Shown here: positions 19,001-29,200 of the stretch, piece by piece
How the letters are laid out: each line of letters begins with the position of its first letter
Numbering within the stretch: the stretch's first letter is position 1
The notes under the pieces: model-generated
Database searches by the model: none
The model's input: only the letters and a program-made list of their open reading frames with translations
Told to the model about the DNA's origin: nothing
Origin: a virus
DNA: 64,000 nucleotides
Reading direction: 5' to 3' (one strand)
Virus record (IMG/VR): IMGVR_UViG_3300045988_042533
Coordinates: 1 to 64,000 of that record
Program-made: the position numbers and the translations under genes

Positions 19001-22000
19001 CATCTTCAAGTTTAACATAATATTTATTATTAACAGGTTTAATTTGAGAATTATCAGCATATTCTCTAACAAGATTATTAACTGATTCTGCAAAATTAGC
19101 ACCTATTTGAAAAACACCATTTACTACAGTACTACTAGAACTAATAATAACATCAGCAACAGCAGAAGCTTTAGAATCATTACTTTTAAGTTTACGTTTA
19201 AACGGAACTAATACAAATTGAACAGCGTTTTTAATAACATCTTCATCATAATTAGTTTTAGACATAGCATCTTTAAGAACTTGTTCTAGTTCTTCTATAG
19301 TAATATTTCTATTAGCTTTAACTGCATTTATAGCAGTACTTATTAATCCTTGTCTAATAGCAGCAATATCCTCAGCATCTTTTGGAATAGATAAATCTAC
19401 TACAGGTTTAGATTTTTGTTCAGTTGGAGAACTAGCAGGAGTTGAAGGAGTTGGAGTAGCTTGAGGTTGTAGCCCCCCCGTAGAAGAGGTTTGTTTATTG
19501 TCTTCTTCTTGACCTTCATTTTGTTTAGTTTCTTCTTCTGCTTGTTGAGCTTGAGTGGTATCTTGGTCATCTTTACTACCAGGAACTGCAACTTCACCTT
19601 TAGATATTACTTCAAATGTACCATCATCAGCTAATTGTATTATAGGTAGTTTTGTTACTTTAGAACCATCTTGTAATATGTTTTCAACACCATCATATAA
19701 ATCATCAGTTATTACTTTAGGGGAATTAGGTTGAAGAGTATATCTGTTGGTTGTTGTAGCTATTTTCTCAACTTTAAAACTAACATCACTATCAACATTG
19801 CTAACTTTACCTTTAACAAAGTCTATTGATATTGGTTTTGACATATCAATTTTTGACTTATTCTGTGTAGGTTTTTGCTTCTGTTGATTGGTCTGTGACT
19901 CTGTCTTAGGCTCTGTGCCAGCTTGTTTTGTTGCTTGTGGTGAATTATTCGTCTCAGCACTTTTAGGCGATTCTGTGGCTTCCTGTGGCTTCTCTCCTGT
20001 TGGTTGTTCACCTTTACTTTCATCAGAAGTTTCAGCTTCTTCAGCAGCTTCATCTTCAGATTTATCTTCAGCAGGTTGTTCACTATTAGGATTTTCTTCA
20101 TTATCTTTAGATTTATTTCTAGCCTCCTCAATACGCTTATTTATATCAAGCATTTCTTGAACTTGAACACCAAGACGATTATTAAGATTGTTAGATAAAT
20201 CTAATACATCTAAAGCTTCACGAAGACTATTTCTTTCAGCATCAGTTAATTCTGAAGTTACTTCATTAAATCCTTCTGTATCATCATTGTAATAAGCACC
20301 TACTGCATTTTTAATAACTCTAGAATCAGTTCTATCATATTTGCTAGCAAGTTCATTAATAGTTTTATAACTATTATCTATAGCTTCTTTTCTAGCATCA
20401 TTTAAAGTATTGTTTATAAAAGATACTTCTTGATTAAATGTTTTTGTATCTTTAATTATTTGTCCATTAAGATATCTATATTGAAGTTCAGCATTACTTC
20501 TACCTACAAGAAGTTTAGTAATACTTCCATTTTTACTTCCAATCTTATCTGCTTCTACAAGTCTTTTATTAAGGATTTTAGCATTTTCAACTCTAGCGTT
20601 TATTTGACTTGCTATATTTTCAGTATTTTCAAATTTAGCAAGTCTTTCATCTAGATTATTGTCTTCAGCAAACTTTTTAAGACCTTCAATAATCTCATCA
20701 TCCTTAATAGTTTCACCTTTTTCATTCTTACCACTTAAAAGATTATCAAATACTTCACCTATAGCTGTACGTTCTCTAAACACTTCACGTTTATCGTTCA
20801 TAGTATTATTAATCATAACAGCAGTAACTAAACGAAGGTCGTCTTCATTTAGCATTTCTTGATATTCTTTAAGTTGACGATTAATAGTATCTATACCAAC
20901 TTTAGCACTAATATTGTTTTTAAATTTTGGGTCAGTAAGAAGACGTTTACGTTCAGCATATAGTTCTCCCATAGTATTAGCAATAATACTTTTACTAGCA
21001 GCAGCTCTATATTGGTCTGTAGTAAATTCACTACCTAGAATCTTTTGAACTTCTTCATCTTGCATAGATTCTTCAATAAGATTATCAAGCCTAGACATAT
21101 TATCTTTGATAATCTTTTGTTGATTCTTATATTTAGTATTTGTATCAGCAATACTTTGAAGAAATTCTATAGGAACACGTTCATTATCCTTTCGAGTTAA
21201 TTGTGCTTTATCGTTTAAATCTATAAGTCTAGCAAGTTCTTCTTGATAAGTATTTATAGTAGATTTCATTCTATCAAGAAGTTCTTGTTGAACTTGTTTA
21301 GAATTAGCTTCACTATCCACAACTCCATTATCTACCATTGCTTTACGAACTTCATCAGACTTTATAAATTCTTCTAGGTAATCGTAATTACCTTTATGTG
21401 CAGCATTTAAAACAATGTTGTCTATAAAATCATGAGTAGCTTTTTGAGAAGCAGCAATTTGTTCATCAGGAGTTAAAGTTTTATCATTTTCTCCTGTAGC
21501 ATAAGGATTTTCACCTTTAGCTATTTTATTTTTTCTATCTATAAATAATTTAGTTTGAGTAGCCCAATTATTAATATCGTCTCTACGAGTTTTAATTTCA
21601 CCTTTTTCACTTAAAGACCAAGGGGAAACTTTTTTACCTTCACCAGTTTTAGAATTAACTTTTTTGTTTTGTCTATCTTCTATAGTTTGTTGGACTCTTC
21701 CAAATCCACTACCTAAATGATGAAATACAACTCCTCCTAAAACACCCCAAAAAGCACTATCCCAAAGTTGTCCGCTAGCTATATATTTAGACAGTCTATT
21801 ATCAAAAGAAGAAGCAGGCTCTTGATTCAAAAGATGTTTACCAACATACATACCTTCTTCTTGAGCTATATAGTTTACAGCTTCTTCAACACCTTCTGAT
21901 AATTCACCAGCTATAATAACTTTCTCAGAAGTCAATCTTCTACCAATATTCTTAGCTCTTTCTTTCCATTTGTTGACAGCAGCTTCAGCAGCTTTTATTT

Positions 22001-23192
22001 GTTCAGGAGTTTTATTCATATTAGCAACCTCTTGTTTAGCTTTATTTACAGCACTAGAAAGTTTATAAGAATTTTCTCCTGATTTAAGTCCTTTCCAAAA
22101 GTTTCTAAGACCATACATTTGAATAACATCAAAAGTAATGTTAGCAAAGTTTATTTTAAAATCTTCATCAGCAGCTCTTTTAGCAATCTTTTTAGCAACA
22201 GCATCTCTATCATTAGGATTATCTACTTCATCAGCTAAATCTTTATTCTTAGTTAAGAAAGCAGCATATTCCTTATCCTTCATTCCCATTAAGGTCTCAT
22301 AAGCATTATCATAAGTATCTTTTTGAACACCTTGAGCTTCTTGATAATTCTCCATTGTTCTCTGTAAGAGAGCATTAGTAGTATTACTAAAAAATGTACC
22401 AAGTCTACTTGATTCGCCAGCAGGTAAATCAACCAAAGCGTCAATACCTTTTTGAAAAGTATTAAGACCTTTTGCTGCTTTACCTATTTCTTCAGCTTCT
22501 TGAGCAGCTTTTCTAATTTTATTTATTCCAGCTAAAGATTTAATTCCGTTTCTAGTAACAGTTCCTATTTTACTTAAAGCTGCTGCTTTAGCACCCATAG
22601 ATAGAAGTTTAGTAATATATGTACTAGGAATTAATAATGTGAGTGAAGATGCAACACTAGGAAGATTGGACATATACCAACCCCAATTAGTTAAACCGCC
22701 ATGTAAAATATCAACATTAGGGTCTGCATAAATAGGAGCAACTTCTTGGTCAAAATAATCTTTCCATTCTTGAATTTTATCGCTTACAGGATTACTATAT
22801 TCATCACTACCTATATTAAATATTCCACCTACTATATCAGTACTAGCTTTAAGTATTCCTAAACCTATTTCAGATACAAGAGTTTGAGCCATAGCATTAC
22901 CATACTTTGTAAGATTTGATTGTGCTTCAGCTCTTTGTGCATCTAAATCATGAATACGATTAGGAGATATACCATATCTAGTATAAGCAGACATATCTCC
23001 ATAAATTTCATTACTTATACCAGTAGCATTAAAAGCTGTTTGGACAGTTGGTAAATCTGAAGTAGAATTTAAAGGAGTTTTAAAGAAATTATCTGTTTGA
23101 ATAGTTTTAGGTTCTTTCCTACTACCTTTTTTATATTTAGGATTATCTATAGTATAATTATTACCTTGTTGAAAAATATCATTTACATTCAT
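16029..23192 (-). CDS. giant virion/ejected protein with HExxH (zincin-like) motif and disordered linkers
   Basis: 2387-aa ORF with IHERLH (HExxH) near the C-terminal third. Two E/Q/P/T/K-rich low-complexity linkers lie near 19.4-20.1 kb, plus an acidic EEDEDDDDD tail. It sits directly upstream of the RNAP-containing ORF. Confidence 0.8.
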   Translation of the reverse strand: MNVNDIFQQGNNYTIDNPKYKKGSRKEPKTIQTDNFFKTPLNSTSDLPTVQTAFNATGISNEIYGDMSAYTRYGISPNRIHDLDAQRAEAQSNLTKYGNAMAQTLVSEIGLGILKASTDIVGGIFNIGSDEYSNPVSDKIQEWKDYFDQEVAPIYADPNVDILHGGLTNWGWYMSNLPSVASSLTLLIPSTYITKLLSMGAKAAALSKIGTVTRNGIKSLAGINKIRKAAQEAEEIGKAAKGLNTFQKGIDALVDLPAGESSRLGTFFSNTTNALLQRTMENYQEAQGVQKDTYDNAYETLMGMKDKEYAAFLTKNKDLADEVDNPNDRDAVAKKIAKRAADEDFKINFANITFDVIQMYGLRNFWKGLKSGENSYKLSSAVNKAKQEVANMNKTPEQIKAAEAAVNKWKERAKNIGRRLTSEKVIIAGELSEGVEEAVNYIAQEEGMYVGKHLLNQEPASSFDNRLSKYIASGQLWDSAFWGVLGGVVFHHLGSGFGRVQQTIEDRQNKKVNSKTGEGKKVSPWSLSEKGEIKTRRDDINNWATQTKLFIDRKNKIAKGENPYATGENDKTLTPDEQIAASQKATHDFIDNIVLNAAHKGNYDYLEEFIKSDEVRKAMVDNGVVDSEANSKQVQQELLDRMKSTINTYQEELARLIDLNDKAQLTRKDNERVPIEFLQSIADTNTKYKNQQKIIKDNMSRLDNLIEESMQDEEVQKILGSEFTTDQYRAAASKSIIANTMGELYAERKRLLTDPKFKNNISAKVGIDTINRQLKEYQEMLNEDDLRLVTAVMINNTMNDKREVFRERTAIGEVFDNLLSGKNEKGETIKDDEIIEGLKKFAEDNNLDERLAKFENTENIASQINARVENAKILNKRLVEADKIGSKNGSITKLLVGRSNAELQYRYLNGQIIKDTKTFNQEVSFINNTLNDARKEAIDNSYKTINELASKYDRTDSRVIKNAVGAYYNDDTEGFNEVTSELTDAERNSLREALDVLDLSNNLNNRLGVQVQEMLDINKRIEEARNKSKDNEENPNSEQPAEDKSEDEAAEEAETSDESKGEQPTGEKPQEATESPKSAETNNSPQATKQAGTEPKTESQTNQQKQKPTQNKSKIDMSKPISIDFVKGKVSNVDSDVSFKVEKIATTTNRYTLQPNSPKVITDDLYDGVENILQDGSKVTKLPIIQLADDGTFEVISKGEVAVPGSKDDQDTTQAQQAEEETKQNEGQEEDNKQTSSTGGLQPQATPTPSTPASSPTEQKSKPVVDLSIPKDAEDIAAIRQGLISTAINAVKANRNITIEELEQVLKDAMSKTNYDEDVIKNAVQFVLVPFKRKLKSNDSKASAVADVIISSSSTVVNGVFQIGANFAESVNNLVREYADNSQIKPVNNKYYVKLEDVLRWAEKVIPSNGEYNNFIFDAVKAYLTSDSAKNDIVLIDDSELGRIDFLARANKSFIKPINTAGEDITRSIDTNLGEIISDPNDIKHSEDELKNLKLNDEITFELSQKPGKNTKVLLAKHNGITVGYIGMPDMDVHGRWKINRDGWNYVISKSDENNDGDFKDWLKSIANKDTPEFESLNNIIYKAAFEEITKDDVKAFQNHPLIKEAIREGYLSVDNNRITYKRALEGLGKLWQYNADLAKDGDVVSSSFDEWYDKLRSQCNQVLDLVNKPDITYLINTINSGEIIRATDRNETDSEGNVYATEKVAIPIQSALSPNVSARISVGTGGGSVISSGRSSTSSYSSKNGQTYMTIENQNGTIDYIQAFPLHYAQGSYIRKGKEVSIPRSQMFDKLVDTVVEQLVAKIENVQSPEDWNELRNFINTAFNVSNQGLFNGITFGQDNSGTYYINYGYKVGFTFYRKGTNGTPIPDLIPFVEKQGGKAVNYKFNEVGDKLRQIIKDNIRFNINRTLIESDNNSNILIHNSFINVEKGKFSIDIPAYKNIPGFHTNAESYNDFIISNNLVRVNLDQENSSNYRDKGIRKQFNAGFGITALSNRVDTNETSTPVEEYNQPSNKSSRFESTKKLVQDITKSDSETQGLDIVKSLVTKEVADIIEKNKKSVLLNEVFPAKVTYDDKALKESNEEAVAINKGKSHEIIIGDEFIDIATDANKGGGNRAARILIHERLHTKLSTNQGKKIKRNLQSVYDDFFRESELDLVDIESGNLAAVNERRGYNLNNKTADELKKFLTDLRYSDISDSEIKLEEFVVESLTSSALASYMNHVKVEGEEVGKAKTLWQRIMQFISKLFNFDIADNSLRAKEFNILGEVFKKAKTDTTSNSSNSTTSTTNTPVEGDSTNEQSTTETENETTETEEQSVQVSEEDEDDDDDNYNDLNTYNKKSIEDDDEDMFSVIREYPSLTAALEDVPLQERAIATSRIASGELEIVCR
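16316..16328 (-). repeat. GC-box copy D (CTTCTACGGGGGT)
   Basis: Inside the 2387-aa ORF, translated TPVEG. Flanked by perfect 8-nt direct repeats ATTAGTTG at 16302-16309 and 16329-16336. Confidence 0.9.
16815..16829 (-). other. codons for HERLH (HExxH candidate metallopeptidase motif)
   Basis: The minus strand reads cac gaa aga ctt cat, in the context ARILIHERLHTKL. Confidence 0.4.
17174..17189 (-). repeat. GC-box copy E (CTTCTACGGGGGTGCT)
   Basis: Inside the 2387-aa ORF, translated STPVEE. Confidence 0.9.
19471..19486 (+). repeat. GC-box copy F (AGCCCCCCCGTAGAAG)
   Basis: Inside the 2387-aa ORF, translated SSTGGL. Flanked by GAGGTTGT / GAGGTTTGT. Confidence 0.9.
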
Positions 23193-23194
23193 AA

Positions 23195-24937
23195 CTATTC
23201 ATTGTTAAGTTTATTAATTATAGATTGAACTAGATACTCATAAGCATTATTGAAATAATCAAAATCATATTTAGTTTGTTCATCTAATTTATCATAAACA
23301 CTCTTATTTACAGTTCCATCATCGTTATATATATTACCTACTTTAGCTATAGATGGAGCTACACGTTGATAAGCTTCAGGTTCTATTTCTTTCATAGCTT
23401 GCATAGCTACTATACTAGCATCTTGCTTAAGATTAACATAATTTCTTTTAGAACCATCAGGATTATACATATTATTTCTTAATTGACTAACAGTATCATC
23501 CATTATAAATTGAGCATTAAGATATTTTTGAGCTTCAGTTCTATCTATAACACCTTGGTCACGTCCGTTAAAGTTAAGAGTATATTGGTTAGTTCCTTCT
23601 ACGGGGGTGATAGTAGCTTTACCATTACTGGCATTTTTATAAGGTATTTCTCTACTATAATTATATTTAGACATTGTAGCAGCTTCTTTAATAGCTTTAA
23701 CTTGTGTACTATTAGCCCAAGAATCTTCAAGAGAATCACCAATTCTAGGGTCAACAATAAATAATTCAGCATTTTCAGTATCAATACCAAACCAATGTTT
23801 AGTATTAGGAATATAAATATGCCAACCAATTTTATCTCCACTTATAGCCTTTTTAATTCTAAGTTGAGCTTTTTCTTCAGTTGACATATTTCTAAGCATA
23901 GCTGTTAATTCGTTTTGTTTATCAACATTGTCAAGTTTTACCAAAGCAGCTTCTTTATCATCATTATCTCTATAATAAGTTTCATAATCTTGAAGTTCAA
24001 AAGAAGTTAATTGTCTTAGAACTCCATCTACTTCAGCTTTAGCAGTTTTTTCGTCACCTTGAGCTTCAGCTATTGCTTGTTTTTCTGTAATATAAGGAGC
24101 GTCAAGTATTTGAACATCTGTTGTAGTATCTTCAGGAATAAGATTTTTTTGAACATCTTCTAGCTTATTTGCAATATCAGCCATTTTAAAAGAATTATAT
24201 CCAAATTGAAGTGGGTCAAAGTTTTTTTGAACAATAGGTATTGCAGCAGCTTGTGGAGCTTTATCAGTTATTATTTGGTCTCCAATATTTTTAGCTCCTC
24301 CAATATAATATCCTATACCATTTCCATCAGAATCATCAAAAGTTACTTTTTGTGCATTACTAAATATTTTAAATTTATCAGCATCTTTCATATCTTTTCT
24401 AAAATAGATGTATGTACTTCCATCATTAGCATGTCTAATATTTACACCCATTTTATTTAAAATATCTTCGTCAAGTCCAGATATATGTTTAAATCTATCA
24501 AAACCAGTTTCTTTTCTTTCAACATCTTCAGCTAAAAAATCCATACCTAAACCATAACGTTTTATAGTTTTAGGAGAAAATCTTATTGCAGCATATTGAC
24601 TGCTAGTACCACCTAGATTATTAATCGTATTTTTAAATTCTCTAACATATCTGTTAATATATTGCCCATCTTTATCTTTTCTTAAATCAAGATTGTTTGT
24701 TTTAAGACCATATAAAAAACTAACAGCATCTTGTTGGTCAGGAGTAGCTTTATTAATTATAGCCTGATATTTACGACCTTCACTTTCAAGCATACCAACA
24801 CCTTTTTCAAGATTCTTTCTTTGAATAGGGTCATTACTTGTAAAACCTTTAGCATAAGTAGCTGCACCCAAATAATCATTTCTAGATATTAAATCATTAT
24901 AATGATTTATATCCATGTATTTAATATCTTGTATCAT
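23195..24937 (-). CDS. hypothetical virion-module protein (580 aa)
   Basis: Long ORF, tightly coupled to its neighbours (4-nt overlap upstream, 2-nt gap downstream). No motif recognised. Confidence 0.8.
   Translation of the reverse strand: MIQDIKYMDINHYNDLISRNDYLGAATYAKGFTSNDPIQRKNLEKGVGMLESEGRKYQAIINKATPDQQDAVSFLYGLKTNNLDLRKDKDGQYINRYVREFKNTINNLGGTSSQYAAIRFSPKTIKRYGLGMDFLAEDVERKETGFDRFKHISGLDEDILNKMGVNIRHANDGSTYIYFRKDMKDADKFKIFSNAQKVTFDDSDGNGIGYYIGGAKNIGDQIITDKAPQAAAIPIVQKNFDPLQFGYNSFKMADIANKLEDVQKNLIPEDTTTDVQILDAPYITEKQAIAEAQGDEKTAKAEVDGVLRQLTSFELQDYETYYRDNDDKEAALVKLDNVDKQNELTAMLRNMSTEEKAQLRIKKAISGDKIGWHIYIPNTKHWFGIDTENAELFIVDPRIGDSLEDSWANSTQVKAIKEAATMSKYNYSREIPYKNASNGKATITPVEGTNQYTLNFNGRDQGVIDRTEAQKYLNAQFIMDDTVSQLRNNMYNPDGSKRNYVNLKQDASIVAMQAMKEIEPEAYQRVAPSIAKVGNIYNDDGTVNKSVYDKLDEQTKYDFDYFNNAYEYLVQSIINKLNNE
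23596..23607 (-). repeat. GC-box copy G (CTTCTACGGGGG)
   Basis: Inside the 580-aa ORF, translated TPVEG. Confidence 0.9.
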
Positions 24938-26178
24938 CGTTTATCTTGTTTAGAATTATTATAAACTCCTGTTATCAATATTGAAGCTTGTCCAACATTA
25001 CCTCCATTGTTATTAATTTGTTGTCTTGTAACGCCTCCTCTAGTATATCCGTCTGTAGACCTAAATAGCATAGAACCATCACCATAACCATTACCTTGAC
25101 TTCCGTCATTTCCACTAGAACCATATCCATATCCAGCAACATCAACAGAATTACTTCTAGTGTCTACATTTTTAAATGCTGCATTTACAAGAACATTATC
25201 GATGTTTTTAAGCATAGCTTTAAATTCATCAGTTATATTCCCTTTATCATCAGTTATATAATCTAGACCTTCTTGTCTATCTTTTTCTAACTGAGCACGT
25301 TCTTCTGCTGTTAGATTCAAAGATGGGTCTTTAAGTTTTCTATCAGCTTCATCATATAGCCATTTATAATCAGCATAATTTTGTTTAGTGTATTGCTTAG
25401 CTACTTCATCTTGATTATATAAAGACATGAAATTACTTCTAATTTTTTCAGCAGTAAGTTCACTTACTTGAGTACTACCTCCACGAGTAGTATCGGTACT
25501 ATTTAAAGTTCCAAATTTACCACTTCCAACACCTGTACTTTCAGCATTAGATACAGCATTTCTTCTTTCAGAAGCTGAACTTTGAACACTAGGAGCTGCA
25601 TCTCTTATAGCTCTTTCTGCTATTTGAGCAATATCTGCAATACGAACAGGATTATAAGATTGTTTCCATTCAGTTCCTCCAATTATATTACCATTTTCAT
25701 CATAAGTATCTTGATAATTATATGGATTTTGAGCTTTCCATCTTCTAGCAGTTAATGAAGTTATTTCTCCACTAGCAACTCGTTTATCTATTTCATCTGA
25801 TTTTTCTTTATAAGCTTTAGATGCTCTAATTCTACCTAAAAGTTCAGGTGAACTAACAGCTTTACCAGCAAGTTCTATAGCAGTATTTAAAGCTCCACTA
25901 TAATCACCAAACATAGCAGCTTGGTCTATTTGGTCTTTAATATTTTTAGCATATTTGTATTTCCAAGCATCTTCAGATGAATCAAGTTCAACTTGTGCAA
26001 GAGCTGCATCTATAGCAGATTTCTTTTCTCTAGCTTCTTTACTTTTTTGGTCTATTTTATCTATAGCTTTAGCATAAGCATCTAGATTCATACGAACTAC
26101 AGGTCTAGGAGCAACATATCCTAAACCTATAGTATTATATTGATTTTGTTTTGTTTCTTCAGCCATATTATATTTCAA
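24934..26178 (-). CDS. hypothetical virion-module protein (414 aa)
   Basis: First ORF after the terminator at 26190-26225. Coiled-coil-like N-terminal half and a G/S/N-rich C-terminal part. Confidence 0.8.
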   Translation of the reverse strand: MKYNMAEETKQNQYNTIGLGYVAPRPVVRMNLDAYAKAIDKIDQKSKEAREKKSAIDAALAQVELDSSEDAWKYKYAKNIKDQIDQAAMFGDYSGALNTAIELAGKAVSSPELLGRIRASKAYKEKSDEIDKRVASGEITSLTARRWKAQNPYNYQDTYDENGNIIGGTEWKQSYNPVRIADIAQIAERAIRDAAPSVQSSASERRNAVSNAESTGVGSGKFGTLNSTDTTRGGSTQVSELTAEKIRSNFMSLYNQDEVAKQYTKQNYADYKWLYDEADRKLKDPSLNLTAEERAQLEKDRQEGLDYITDDKGNITDEFKAMLKNIDNVLVNAAFKNVDTRSNSVDVAGYGYGSSGNDGSQGNGYGDGSMLFRSTDGYTRGGVTRQQINNNGGNVGQASILITGVYNNSKQDKR

Positions 26179-26189
26179 TTATATAGTTA

Positions 26190-26225
26190 AACAAATATTC
26201 CTAGTAGCTGTTAAACTACTAGGAA
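26190..26225 (-). terminator. rho-independent terminator after the 1405-aa ORF
   Basis: 10-bp stem TTCCTAGTAG (26198-26207) / CTACTAGGAA (26216-26225). The minus strand then reads TATTTGTTTAAC. Confidence 0.6.
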
Positions 26226-26243
26226 CAAATGTACAAATAAATA

Positions 26244-29200
26244 TTATTTTCTTTTAATTAAATAACCTTTTCTATCATAATGTGAAAGGAATTGATTACG
26301 CTGTTTCCAATACTCATAATTTTTCATTGCAGTTTCCCATTTACTTCTAGCAGCAGAATAATCTGCATCATTAGAATAATTACTTCTTATAGGAGCAGCA
26401 CCAGGGTCTTTCATACCTTCTATGTTGTTCATTGCTCTAATAGCATTTATAACTCTTGGACCAAATTGAGTACCAAATGCCATCATACGATAAGGAGTAG
26501 CAGCATCACCAGCAGCAATAGTAGCCATAAGAGCATTTTCATCCTCAAATCGTTGACGAGTACTATTGAGGAAGTTATTAGCTGCACCTTGTAAGCCTTG
26601 TAGACTTGTAGCCCAAGCATTTGAACGAGCAAGTCTATTAGCATTTTCAGCATCAATACGTTTATTCTGAATCTCAGCAACATTCTGATAATACTGATTT
26701 CTAGCAGCAGCATTTCTAGCTCTAACTTGTTGTTCATTCTGAGCAGCAGCATTACGAAGTTCAACTTCTTTATTAGCTTTCTCATCCCAAAGCTTGTTAG
26801 TTTCCATCATAGCATCTGCATTAGATTGTTGCATACGTTGAACAGCAGTATTTGCACTAGATGTATTATTAGCTATTATTTTTTGAGCATTAAGACGATT
26901 ACGTTCTACAGTAGCTCTTTGAGCATCATTATGATAAGTAGTATCAAATGCTACAGGAGTTTCATCCACATAATTAGGAAGCTTATAATCATATTTAAGA
27001 TTCTTATAAGCATTTGCATTAAAAGCACCTAAAGCAAGACTTCCTGCTAAATCAGTACCGAGACCAATCCAATCACTGCTATTAACACTCATGCCATTAC
27101 GATTCCACCAATTATTGATAGGAGTTGTATTAGATGAAGTTTTTCCTGTTGAACTAAAATCTACATTTTCCCAACCTTTAGGTGTACTAAAATCCATATT
27201 AGGATATAAAGATTCAGGAGTACCAAAATTATTTGGGTTAAAAGATAAACCTTTGGCAACTCTTCTTTGCGCTCTAGTCATACCTCCATCATCAAATTTA
27301 ACTCTACCTCCACATCTAAAATATCTTTTATATGCAAGTCTTTTATAGTAATTTTTTACACTATCATTGGAATGTATAAGATTATCATAATATTGTTTTT
27401 TGGCTGTATCTTTTAAACCTCTTTGATATTGTTTAATACCTTGTTCGTTCCAATACTTTTGAAAGTTTTTATCGTTCCATTCTTTAATACCATCATTATA
27501 AACATCTTGTCTATGAGTTTTTTTATTAACATTATATAAGCCTCTTCTGAAGTAATCTACTGCATGATAATAAGGTGAAACATTATTAGGTATATTATTA
27601 TAATCATTGAGTAAAGCGGCAGAATCAAAAACACCATAATTTCTAAATGTATTAGCATTATGTTGAACTCGTTGTTCTTCTTTATCACCATCAATATAAC
27701 CTATAGTTCTACCATTTAATGTTTCGTGCGCTGGAATACCAAAAGCATAAGGTAATTGAGATTTGTTATATTTATTAAGTCCTGCGTTATAAGCTATAGA
27801 ATCTAACATATTAGCTGAAACAGGTCTACCGTTTACAATAACTTCTTTATTTCCATAAGGTGTTGCAAGAGTTAAATTAATTTCTTTATCATTAATAAAA
27901 CCACTATTATATTTACCTATACGATTAGCTACATTGTTAACCCATACTTCATGTTCTTCACTAGCTGCTTTAGTTGGAGAAACATTACCACGTATTCTTT
28001 TTGGAGAATAATACAAATTATTTCCTTCTTTATGTTGATTTAATTGTATAGCTTTATTTCCAACATTATAAGATTGAGTTTTTCCTTTAAGTTTTGCCCA
28101 TTGATTTATGGTAAACTTACTAATACTACCATCACTATTATATTGGACAAATTTATTTGCTGCTTGACTATAATATCCATGACCTTTTTTAAGTTTAGCA
28201 CCATTAGCATTATACCATGACTTAGTTTCAGGATTATAAGTTGGACCAACTTTTTTAATACCACCGTTCCTAAAAACATTATTATTGTTATCATAATTAC
28301 GTTTTAGAGCTTCTTGAATAGCAAATATTTTATTCTTATTAGCTCCTGCTTCAACAGCTTGAGCTGGACTAATACCATTAATCATAGGTTGAGCAGAAAA
28401 TATTCTAAGAGCATTACCTACTCTTTGAGCAACTTCTCCACCTTCAGCTTCTATTTCATTGTTACCAACTTTAATACCTATACCAGTTTGTCCACTTGGA
28501 TTAACTTGTTCGTGTGAACCCCCCCGTAGAAGAAATGTGTTGTTACTAATCCTTTGTGCAACTCCACCATCAGTTATCTTAATAGGAACTCTCTTTTTAC
28601 TTCTAGCTTTACCTCCATAACGCATTTCGTCAGTAGTGTTCCTATCTTCATAATTATAGTTACTAAGTAAATTATTAATTGCTTCTTGTCTTCTAGCTTC
28701 AGCCTCAGTATCAACATCTGCTTTATATTCATCATAGCTTCTACCTTGAATATCTTCTACTTGGCTATAACCGTTAACAGTATCATTTATAGGTTCAAAA
28801 TTAAAATTTTGTCTAATGTTATTAGTTCTATTAGCAGAAACTCTAGATTTAGTTCTACCTTTTCTTTGAAGAGTTTGAGCAGCTGCTCTTGTTTTATTCT
28901 TATTAGTAGCAACTCTTTGATTATTAGTAGTAGGTTGTGTAGAATTAGCATTTGATTGATTAGCAGTTCTGTTATTTGCAACAGGAGCTTGATTGTTAAC
29001 TATTTTTGTAGTATCAGTCTGATTGTTATTTTGAACTATAGTAGAATCATTTGGAGTTTGTTTAGCAACTTGAGTTGTATCATTCTTAACCTGTTGAGGT
29101 TGAGCTTTAGATTTAGGTTTGTTTACAGGTTTATTAGCAACATTGTTTTTTGTACTAACTGCTGTATTAGTTTTTGGTATATAACTTTTACCAGCTTCAT

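Noticed and set aside
19823-20198. Cluster of overlapping ORFs on both strands (102, 90 and 64 aa)
   Set aside because: They are produced by the locally GC-richer, low-complexity linker region of the 2387-aa gene, where stop codons are rare in all frames. They are not independent genes.
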